Of a stretch of DNA of 49,313 bases, positions 37,301-44,970 are shown piece after piece. The DNA is taken from positions 1 through 49,313 of the forward strand of contig CAMAVO010000003.1 in the NCBI GenBank assembly GCA_945861685.1, in the 5' to 3' direction. The position numbers and the translations under genes were made by a program. Under the pieces are notes generated by a model. That model did no database searches. It was not told the origin of the DNA and saw nothing but the letters and a program-made list of their open reading frames with translations. This DNA comes from Chitinophaga pinensis (GTDB lineage Bacteria; Bacteroidota; Bacteroidia; SXHM01). Position 1 is the stretch's first letter. Each line of letters starts with the position of its first letter.

Positions 37301-40300
37301 AAGAATATGGTAACACTCCGCCTGAAGGAATGATAGTAGTTGTGCCATCGCATGCTCCGTTGCAGGTTATGTTAGAAACAACAGGAAGACTGAGCGCTAA
37401 CAAAGAAGGTTCGGTCACAATCACTATATCGGTTGCAATGCAACTAGAAGCATCGGTAACCTGAACAGTATAAACTCCCGCACAAAGATTAGTAGCAGTA
37501 TCAGTGGTTTGTCCATCGCTCCACAGGTAAGTGAAAGGGGCAGTGCCAAGCGTTACAGTAACGGTAGTAGCACCATCACAACTTCCACTGCAGGTTGCAG
37601 GCGTTGATGAAACTGAAATGCTTGAGTTAGGAACGTTGTTTACAGGGAATGCCAGTGATTCAACACATCCGTTGGCATCTGTAATGTCAACCGTGTAAAC
37701 TCCGGCACAAAGTCCAGTTATTGAATTTGTTGTTTCACCACCACCCCACAAGTATATGTAAGGCGCTTGCCCGTCTGAAGGAGCAAGTGTTATGCTTCCA
37801 TTGCAAACTCCGCAATCAGCAGTAACAACAACTTCGTTTGCCTGAATTTGTAAAGGCTCAGCAATAGTAACTGTTTCTGTAAGCGTACAGTTGTTGGTAT
37901 CGGAAACCTGCACAAAATAAGTTCCTGCGCATAATCCTGAAACTGAAGTAGTAGTTGCTCCTCCCGGTACCCACAGGTAATCGTAAGGTGCAATTCCTCC
38001 TGTTACCCCTGTAACCGTAGCAGAACCATCACATGAACCAAAGCAACTTGCATCGGCTGTAGTAACTGTAACTGAAGTTGGGCCACCTGTATTGCTGATA
38101 GCAACTGCAAAGCTTCCTGTGCAACCGTTAGCATCCGTAACAAAAACAGGATAAACACCTGCGCACAGGTTAGTTGCTGTTGCAGTAGTAGCGCCTGTTC
38201 CCCATAAGTAGGTGTAAGGTGCAGTTCCACCGATAACTGATAAAGTAGCTGTTCCATCACACTGTCCGCAAGTAGCAGGAGTTGAAGTGTAAGTCATATC
38301 TACTATTCCCGGCTCAACGATAGTTACTGAGGTGGTAGCTGTACAACCATTAGCATCGGTAACAGTTACTGAGTATGTTCCCGGAATAAGATTGCTCAAA
38401 TCCTGAGTAGTTTGCCCGTTATCCCACAGGTAAGTGTAACCCGGAGTTCCGCCTGAAACAGTCAGGTCAACTGAGCCGTCTGTGTTTCCGTTGCACGAAA
38501 TATCGGTAACGTTGGTTGTTAGTGAAATAGCAGTTGGCTCAGAAACGTTAACGTTTGCTGTTTGAGTACAACCATTGCCATCTGTAACAGTAACTGTATA
38601 GAAGCCTGCGCAGATATTGCTTAATGAAGTTGTTGTTTCACCGCCCGGAGACCATAAGTAAGTATAACCAGGAGTTCCGCCCGAAACCGAAATACTTGCC
38701 GAAGCATCACAAACGCCATTGCAACTTGCAGGTGTTGTAGTTGGTGTAATTACAATTGGTGTAGGTTCAGCAAGGATGATTACAGCTACTTGCTGGCAAC
38801 CGTTTGCATCGGTAACAGTAATGGTGTAGGTGCCTGCACAAAGGTTGTTGATGGAGTTGGTGGTTTCACCACCAGGTGTCCATAGGTAAATGTATGGTGC
38901 TGACCCGCCTGAAATGCTTGTGTTTATGAAGCCATCACAACTTCCGTTGCAGGTTGGTTCGCTTGAAGTAACATCGATTACAATAGCCGAGTTACTTGGA
39001 ACAGCAACTGTTGCAATTGTTTCGCAACCGTTTGCATCCGTAATAGTGCAGGTCATAATACCCAAGCAAAGATTGATAGCAGTTTGTGTTGTTTGTCCGT
39101 CACTCCACAGATAGGTGTATGGAACAAAACCACCGCTTGGGGTAACTGTGGCAGTTCCGTTACACTGACCGTTACAAAGAACAGGAGTAGCACTTGAAGT
39201 ATAAGTAATAGGAGCAGGCTCGTTGATTGTAACCGAAGCAGTATCGTCACAACCGTTAAAGTCGGTTACCACAATTTGAAAGGTTCCGGCACAAAGATTA
39301 TTTACGGTGTTGGTTGCAGGTCCTGAAGGCAGCCAGAAATAAGTGAAAGGGCTTGTTCCTCCAACCTGTGTAGCTATTGCCGTTCCGTCACAAACGCCAT
39401 TGCAGCTTGCATTGGTTCCTGTTGCAGAAGCAACCAGGTCACCCGGTTCAATAATAGTTACCGTTGCTGAAGCTGTGCAACCGCTTGCATCCGTTACTGC
39501 AACGTTGTAAATATTAGGACACAAACCTGTTGCAGTTTGTGTTGTTTGTCCACCCGGTGTCCATAGGTAAGTATAGCCACCGCTTCCACCGCTTGCGCTA
39601 ACTGTTGCTGAACCATTACATAATCCGAAACAACTTACGTTACTGCTTGACGAAATATTTACTGAAAGTGCTGAAAGCGGTTGAGTGATTACAACATTAT
39701 TGATTGCTGTTGTACACCCGTTTGCGTCAGTAATAGCCACTGAATAAGTACCCGGAGCAAGACCTGTGCGGTCTTGTGTGGTTTGTCCGCTTGGTGTCCA
39801 TAAATAGGTGAAAGGACCAGTGCCACCGCTTACTGTTACATCAATAGCTCCGTTGTTTGCTCCGAAACAGTTGATATTAGTATGTGTTTCTGATGCAGAA
39901 AGTACAGCGGGTTGAGTAATAGTAACCGATAAATTTGAATTACATCCGTTGATGTCTGTAACTGTTACCGTATAGGTATTAGGTGCAAGAGCGGTGCGGT
40001 CTTCTGTAGTTTGTCCGCTTGGTGCCCATAGATAAGCATAAGGAGCAGTTCCACCTGAAACAGTGATATTAATAGCTCCGTTGTTAAGCCCGTTACAGGT
40101 TACGTTTGTATGTGTTTCGGTAATAGTAATTGAAGTTGGCTGAGCAATGGTATAAGAGTAAACGCCACCGCAACCATTGGCATCAGAGAACGTCAGGATA
40201 TAGGTTCCTAATGCAAGTCCGCTGATATCCTGTGTGGTTGCTCCGGTAGACCATGAATAGGTATAGATTGGAGTTCCACCGCTTACAGTAAGGTCAATAG

Positions 40301-43300
40301 AACCTGTTCCGCTTCCGTTACAAGGAATGTTGGTTACGTTAGCAGAAAGTGTAATGGTTGTTGGTTCGGTAACGGTATAAATTGCAAACGAAGTACAGCC
40401 TGTTGTTACATCGGTAACACTTACTGAATATGAGCCTGCAGGAATAGAAGATAAATCCTGAGTAGTTGCTCCGTTACTCCATGTATAGGTATAGTTTCCT
40501 GAACCACCTGAAACGGTGAGGTTAACAGCACCGTTGCTTCCGCCTGCACAATTAATATTGGTGATTGCAACAGAAAGTGTAAATGCTGAGGTTTCGCTTA
40601 CTGTGAAGAATGAGTTAGCTGTGCAACCGTTTGCATCGGTAACAGTTACTCCGTATATAGCACCCGGTAATCCGCTAATGTCTTGTGTTGTTGCTCCGTT
40701 TGTCCATAAGTAAGTATAAGGTGCAGTTCCACCGCTTACACTTAAATCAACGGCACCTGTGCTGGTGCTGCAACTTGAATTGGTTATGCTGGATGTAAGC
40801 GTAATTCCGCTTCCTGCAGTAACTGTGAAGCTTGTAAGACCCGAGCATCCAGTTGTAATATCTGTTACCGTTACAGTATAAGCTCCGGGAGCAAGTGCTG
40901 TGCGGTCTTGTGTAGTTTGTCCGCCTGGTGACCATAAATAAGAGTAGTTGCCTGAACCACCGGAAACGGTAACATCAATTGCACCGTTGGTTGCCGCACA
41001 ATTCGTAGCAGGAGTTACAACTCCTGAAACGTTAGGCGCTCCTGTTTCTGATACATTGATTGCTGTTGATTGAACGCAACCCAGGGTAATATCTGTAACG
41101 GTTACAGTATAAATTCCGGGAGCAAGACCTGTTAAATCCTGAGTGGTTAATGAGCCCGGAGTCCATGAATAGGTATAGTTTCCTGATCCACCTGTAATGG
41201 TTATATCTATTGATCCCGTGTTTGCATTGCATTGTGAGTTTACAACACTTACTATATTAATGGTAAGATTTGAAACCTCAGTGATGGTAACATTAAGGCT
41301 TGATGAGCAACCGTTGGCATCTGTAACGGTAACATTGTAAAATCCTGCTGAAAGCCCGCTGATGTCTTGTGTTGTTGCACCGTTGCTCCATCCATAAGTA
41401 TAAGGTGCAGTTCCACCTGAAACGCTTAGGTTAACAGAACCATTGGCTCCGCTTGCACAGCTTACATTTACATGTGTTTCGGTTAAAGCGATTGCAGCTG
41501 GTTGTGTAATTGTAAATCCGGCACCTGCTGTGCAACCGTTGGCATCTGTAATAGTTACCGAGTTGGTGCCTACACCTAGTCCGCTGATGTCTTGTGTGGT
41601 TTGTCCACCGGGTGACCATAAATAGGTATAAGGAGGAGTTGCCCCACCAAGTGTAAGGTCTATACTTCCGTTGCTGCCGCCATTGCAGGTTACATGAATA
41701 ATATCTACAAATCCATTATATCCAGCAGGCTGTGTAATGGTAAATGATAAAAATGAAGAACAAAGACTTACTGCATCTGTAACTGAAACGGTATAAGTTC
41801 CGGGTGAAAGACTGCTGATATCCTGTGTTGTTGCTCCGTTTGACCACGAATAGGTATATGAGCCTGAACCGCCTGAAACGGTAAGGTTAACACTTCCGTT
41901 GCCGGCACCTGCGCAGGTTATATCCGTTTCAACCGAGGTAACTGTTATGCCATTTGAACCGCTTACAGGGAATACGCTGTTAGCTGTGCAACCATTAGCA
42001 TCTGTAACGGTAACTGAATATATTCCGGCACCAATGCTGCTGATGTCTTGTGTTGTTACCCCGTTGCTCCACAGATAAGTTAAAGGAGCAGTTCCACCCG
42101 TAACAGTTAAATCAACTGCACCGCTGTTGCTGCTGCAATTAGAGTTGGTAACAGAACCAGAAAGCGTCATTGCATTATTATAGGATACAGCAAATGTTGC
42201 TATCGCAATACAACCTGAAGTGTTATCAGTAACGGTAACGGTATAGCTGCCTACTGCAAGATTGATGCGATCTTGTGTAATTTGTCCGCTTGGCGCCCAT
42301 AAATAAGAATAACTTCCTGAACCGCCTGTAACGGTAATATCTATTGCACCATTAGTAGCGTTGCAATTTGTTGCATTAGTTACTGTACCTGTAATATTAG
42401 GATTGCCTGAGTTCTGAACATTATTTGCCAATGTTTGCGTGCAACCCAATGTTACATCGGTAACAGTAACGGTATAAACTGCGGCATTAAGACCGCTGAT
42501 GTCTTCTGTGGTTGCACCTCCAGGTGACCATAAATACGTGTAGTTTCCCGAACCGCCCGCAACAGTTAAATTAACTGCTCCGTCACTTGCGCCACATGTT
42601 GCATCAGTAATAAGTGATGAAACGCTGAGGTTCGATAATTGTGTAATGGTTGCGCTTCGTGTAGAGGTACAACCGTTGGCATCGGTAATGTTTACTGAAT
42701 AAAAGCCGGGTGCCAAGCCTGATAAATCCTGAGTGGTTTGTGCAGTGTTCCAAAGGTAGGTGTACGGTGATGTTCCGCCTGAAACAGTTATATCAATAGA
42801 GCCGGTGTTTGAGCCGGCACAGTTTACATTCACATGTGTTTCGGAACTGATAAGAATTGTTGGTTGCGAAACCACGATTGCCGGTGGACTAAGTGTGCAA
42901 GTGTTTGCATCGGTAATAACTACTGAGTAACTTCCAGCTGCAAGTCCGCTTATATCTTGTGTTGTTGCTCCGTTAGACCATAAATAGGTGTAAGGTGCTG
43001 TTCCTCCACTTACTGTTAAATCAATGGCTCCGTTCAATTGCCCGAAACACAAAACGTTGGTAACAACTGAACTTTGGCTCATTCCGGCAGGTTCTGTAAC
43101 AGTAACGGTTCCGTTGGTTGTGCAACCAAGTGCATCGGTAACTACTACGTTGTGAACACCTGCTGACAAGCCTGTTGCTGTTTGTGTTGTTTGATTGCTT
43201 GGTGACCAGAGGTAGGTATATCCAGGAGTTCCACCTGAAGGTGTTGCTGTTGCAGTTCCGTTTGCCCCACCGTTGCACGAAACAGGTGTGAACGACATTG

Positions 43301-43691
43301 TAGTAGTTACGCCTGCTGCCGGTTGTGTTATGGTTATGGTAGTTGAAATTTGTGTAGTTCCGCAACCACTATTGTCTGATTCAAATACCACAATGTAATT
43401 ACCTGCCGGTAAGCCGGTAAAGGTGTGTGTTAATATATTGTCAGTGAATGTCAGGAAGATAGAAGGTACCTGCACCACGCCAAAGTCATAAGGTGCAACG
43501 CCTCCGTTACCTACAATGGTTATGCTTCCGTCACTCCCGCCAAAGCAGGTTACGGGGGTCATTGTTACAGATGTAAAGCTCAACGGACATTGGGCCTGTG
43601 CTGTGTTACTTGAGAAGGTGGTAAGGAATACCGCAAGCACCAGGGCTGCACTTTTCAAAATAGTATTCATAGGGCGTATAATTTTTTCCAT
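34377..43691 (-). CDS. Giant SprB-like surface adhesin with tens of Cys-containing ~75-aa SprB repeats and a T9SS type B CTD
   Basis: Repeats of C....G.I...V.GG..PY.Y.W......L..G.Y.V.VTD.NGC; C-terminal ITPNDDGIND.W...YNRWG...WDG...GTYYY; cognate porP/sprF downstream. Start may be 43670. Confidence 0.92.
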   Translation of the reverse strand: MEKIIRPMNTILKSAALVLAVFLTTFSSNTAQAQCPLSFTSVTMTPVTCFGGSDGSITIVGNGGVAPYDFGVVQVPSIFLTFTDNILTHTFTGLPAGNYIVVFESDNSGCGTTQISTTITITQPAAGVTTTMSFTPVSCNGGANGTATATPSGGTPGYTYLWSPSNQTTQTATGLSAGVHNVVVTDALGCTTNGTVTVTEPAGMSQSSVVTNVLCFGQLNGAIDLTVSGGTAPYTYLWSNGATTQDISGLAAGSYSVVITDANTCTLSPPAIVVSQPTILISSETHVNVNCAGSNTGSIDITVSGGTSPYTYLWNTAQTTQDLSGLAPGFYSVNITDANGCTSTRSATITQLSNLSVSSLITDATCGASDGAVNLTVAGGSGNYTYLWSPGGATTEDISGLNAAVYTVTVTDVTLGCTQTLANNVQNSGNPNITGTVTNATNCNATNGAIDITVTGGSGSYSYLWAPSGQITQDRINLAVGSYTVTVTDNTSGCIAIATFAVSYNNAMTLSGSVTNSNCSSNSGAVDLTVTGGTAPLTYLWSNGVTTQDISSIGAGIYSVTVTDANGCTANSVFPVSGSNGITVTSVETDITCAGAGNGSVNLTVSGGSGSYTYSWSNGATTQDISSLSPGTYTVSVTDAVSLCSSFLSFTITQPAGYNGFVDIIHVTCNGGSNGSIDLTLGGATPPYTYLWSPGGQTTQDISGLGVGTNSVTITDANGCTAGAGFTITQPAAIALTETHVNVSCASGANGSVNLSVSGGTAPYTYGWSNGATTQDISGLSAGFYNVTVTDANGCSSSLNVTITEVSNLTINIVSVVNSQCNANTGSIDITITGGSGNYTYSWTPGSLTTQDLTGLAPGIYTVTVTDITLGCVQSTAINVSETGAPNVSGVVTPATNCAATNGAIDVTVSGGSGNYSYLWSPGGQTTQDRTALAPGAYTVTVTDITTGCSGLTSFTVTAGSGITLTSSITNSSCSTSTGAVDLSVSGGTAPYTYLWTNGATTQDISGLPGAIYGVTVTDANGCTANSFFTVSETSAFTLSVAITNINCAGGSNGAVNLTVSGGSGNYTYTWSNGATTQDLSSIPAGSYSVSVTDVTTGCTSFAIYTVTEPTTITLSANVTNIPCNGSGTGSIDLTVSGGTPIYTYSWSTGATTQDISGLALGTYILTFSDANGCGGVYSYTIAQPTSITITETHTNVTCNGLNNGAINITVSGGTAPYAYLWAPSGQTTEDRTALAPNTYTVTVTDINGCNSNLSVTITQPAVLSASETHTNINCFGANNGAIDVTVSGGTGPFTYLWTPSGQTTQDRTGLAPGTYSVAITDANGCTTAINNVVITQPLSALSVNISSSSNVSCFGLCNGSATVSASGGSGGYTYLWTPGGQTTQTATGLCPNIYNVAVTDASGCTASATVTIIEPGDLVASATGTNASCNGVCDGTAIATQVGGTSPFTYFWLPSGPATNTVNNLCAGTFQIVVTDFNGCDDTASVTINEPAPITYTSSATPVLCNGQCNGTATVTPSGGFVPYTYLWSDGQTTQTAINLCLGIMTCTITDANGCETIATVAVPSNSAIVIDVTSSEPTCNGSCDGFINTSISGGSAPYIYLWTPGGETTNSINNLCAGTYTITVTDANGCQQVAVIILAEPTPIVITPTTTPASCNGVCDASASISVSGGTPGYTYLWSPGGETTTSLSNICAGFYTVTVTDGNGCTQTANVNVSEPTAISLTTNVTDISCNGNTDGSVDLTVSGGTPGYTYLWDNGQTTQDLSNLIPGTYSVTVTDANGCTATTSVTIVEPGIVDMTYTSTPATCGQCDGTATLSVIGGTAPYTYLWGTGATTATATNLCAGVYPVFVTDANGCTGSFAVAISNTGGPTSVTVTTADASCFGSCDGSATVTGVTGGIAPYDYLWVPGGATTTSVSGLCAGTYFVQVSDTNNCTLTETVTIAEPLQIQANEVVVTADCGVCNGSITLAPSDGQAPYIYLWGGGETTNSITGLCAGVYTVDITDANGCVESLAFPVNNVPNSSISVSSTPATCSGSCDGATTVTVTLGTAPFTYLWSDGQTTDTATNLCAGVYTVQVTDASSCIATDIVIVTEPSLLALSLPVVSNITCNGACDGTTTIIPSGGVLPYSYLWNDGQTTATAVTLCPGTYSVVVTDANGCTSTWTDIPVTEPTPIVLSTSWTDALCFSVCDGTATVTATGGTGAYTYLWTPGNQTDATADSLCAGTYIVQVTDANGCVQGTSVLIGEPTEITLTTDMLPASCNGVCDASAWVVATGGTPSLVTGYTYSWNPTSQTGDTATALCAGIYTVTVTDSLGCVQSAVINVTEPAPVTMTFAVNNVTCFGFCNADVTATPAGGTAPYTYQWLNTTGLETIDFVDSLCPGEYYLLVTDANGCTGQDTVIVTEPTLLVFDATVINNVSCGGLCDGSATATANGGTPAYSYLWSPSGQTTETAINLCAGTYTVTVTDANGCDTTQTIVITEPPILTLYPTTTNASCGGVCDGTATANVGGGTLPYQYAWSDGQTDSTAVALCAGNYSVLVTDGNGCTISVNVIILEPPILTSSITDFSEILCAGNCDAYAIVSVLGGVPPYSYLWNNGQTDSTAINLCIGTYSVVITDAIGCNTTSTVIISDQNALATAIPLFNNVSCFGQCDGTATAIATGGVEPYSFVWANGQNSAMATNLCPGTYTVTVTDAANCVSISTITITEPALLTAAATGVDASCGGNCDGTATVTPAGGTPVYSYIWVPGGQTTATATGLCAGTYTVTVTDANGCDTTATVTISEPPIIVVSASVTAPTCTNTDNGAIDLSVSGGVPGYTYDWDNGATTEDLTNLLPGVYTVTVTDNTGCSKTLIVTVVEQIVIDANAGPDITICIGDQVQLQATGGSGYLWTPASGLNYNNIDNPVATITTTTTYIVQVTNFSCVDYDTVTVTVNPLPVIDAGAGAEILSGTTVQLEAAGAGTNGTYSWSPSDGLDNANIYNPIASPTITTIYFVTGTDENGCSAVDSLTIEVSPGIVFPDGITPNDDGINDTWIIDFINNFPEAVVMVYNRWGQELFYSKGYGTAWDGRYKGKDLPVGTYYYVIDLHNGTTEPYTGPITIAR

Positions 43692-43795
43692 TTGTTTCGG
43701 GTTGGAACTATTGTAAAATCAGGATAAAAATACATCTTTCCTGATAGAATGAAAATTATAGATTGTATTTATTTTTGAACGAGGGTTTAACGCAA

Positions 43796-43803
43796 CAAAT
43801 ATA
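43796..43803 (-). promoter_or_regulatory. -7 element (TATATTTG) for the adhesin gene
   Basis: TAnnTTTG in the AT-rich upstream gap. Confidence 0.5.
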
Positions 43804-43949
43804 AAATAGTTGTCGTTTGTCGAAAATTCTTTTTCCCTTGCAGGCAAAGGATTTTAGAAACATTTTGAAGAAAATTGTGTCCACCTGAGAATACAGGTTA
43901 CTAACAATTTTGGGTGTTAAAATAATATGAAAAAGTGAAAAAAACGTTT

Positions 43950-44615
43950 TCAGTAAATAATAAATAGCCCTTTTTCTTCGGGTTCGTTATAAAAAACCGA
44001 TTGTGCCGCACTGTTTACGGTTTTGCAAAATTCATAAAGGTTGTTCATTTTTTCAACGCGCTGGCTGGAGTAGCGTATGCGCAGGTGTTTAAAATACTCC
44101 TGTTGGGTTTCTTTTTCCAGAATGGTTTGGGTTTTTGTGCCCAGGTTGGTTAGCAAAATGGCGGGCATTCCCACTGCAGCAAGTTCGGCACTATAATCTT
44201 CAGCAATTTTTTTCATTACCAGTAGCCACATGTATTGGTTAAGCTGGGTGGCACGTGCTTTTTTGCGTTCGGTAAATCCAAATTCTTCGGCTTTTCGTTT
44301 TTTAGCCGGAAATGCTTTTTTTACATAATGTTCCAATTCGCTGGCTATTGTAAATCCTGCTTTTTTCGCTTGCTCAAGTTCTTCTGAATGGTGTTGCAGT
44401 TGATCCATTACCGTTTCATCGGTTTCGGTGGCTTCACATTCGTTGATAGATGATAGCCAATTGCCGGCATAGGCGGCATTAAGGTCGGGGTCAAAGGCGC
44501 TGAACCGGGCAAGGTAATTTAAAAAGTGCGTGTGCAGCGTTTCGCTTTTTTGAATAAGCAGAGTATCTTCCATTGAAAAATCGCGTTCGCGTTCTTTTGG
44601 TTGTGTTGTTGCCAT
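43950..44615 (-). CDS. Hypothetical 221-aa cytoplasmic protein, probably all-alpha
   Basis: ATG-started ORF with amphipathic helical patterning; no signal peptide, TM or motif I can name. Confidence 0.8.
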   Translation of the reverse strand: MATTQPKERERDFSMEDTLLIQKSETLHTHFLNYLARFSAFDPDLNAAYAGNWLSSINECEATETDETVMDQLQHHSEELEQAKKAGFTIASELEHYVKKAFPAKKRKAEEFGFTERKKARATQLNQYMWLLVMKKIAEDYSAELAAVGMPAILLTNLGTKTQTILEKETQQEYFKHLRIRYSSQRVEKMNNLYEFCKTVNSAAQSVFYNEPEEKGLFIIY

Positions 44616-44635
44616 GGTTTAGGTTTATTTTTAGG

Positions 44636-44904
44636 TTGTCCGCAAATATAATGCAATTGTCCGAAGATATTACTTAGTTGTCCGCTAAAATTATATAGTT
44701 GTCCGTAAAATTTACTTAGTTGTCTATTAAAATTACTTGATTGACCGCAAAAATGATAGTTATTATTTTTGCGGTCAGCTACGTTATCTTTGCGGACAAC
44801 ACAGAAATAATTGCGGACAACACAGAAGTAATTGCGGACAACACAGAAGTGATTGCTCCCACCCAAGTAAATAGAGCGGACAACACAGAAAATAGTGCGG
44901 ACAA
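44636..44904. repeat. Mirror-symmetric 21-bp-period array: six TTGTCCGC-type units, central hairpin, seven GCGGACAA-type positions
   Basis: Left cores at 44636, 44657, 44678, 44699, 44720, 44741. Right cores at 44771, 44792, 44813, 44834, (44855 degenerate), 44876, 44897. Central 13-bp stem TGACCGCAAAAAT/ATTTTTGCGGTCA. Confidence 0.93.
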
Positions 44905-44970
44905 CGCAGAAAAATGCTGTTTTTTGATGAAATTGGGGCTAAACAGGAGTGTTTAGAGTTTAAGGAAGGC

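Noticed and set aside
43718-43745. ATCAGGA...TCCTGAT inverted pair upstream of the adhesin
   Set aside because: Only 7-bp arms in AT-rich DNA; insufficient evidence.
44519-44956. ORFs 44519-44866 (-) and 44741-44956 (+) with FCVVRNY / ADNTEVI heptads
   Set aside because: Non-ATG starts, overlap with each other, and the minus ORF overlaps the 221-aa gene. Open frames are expected in a stop-poor 21-bp repeat. Translation is not excluded.
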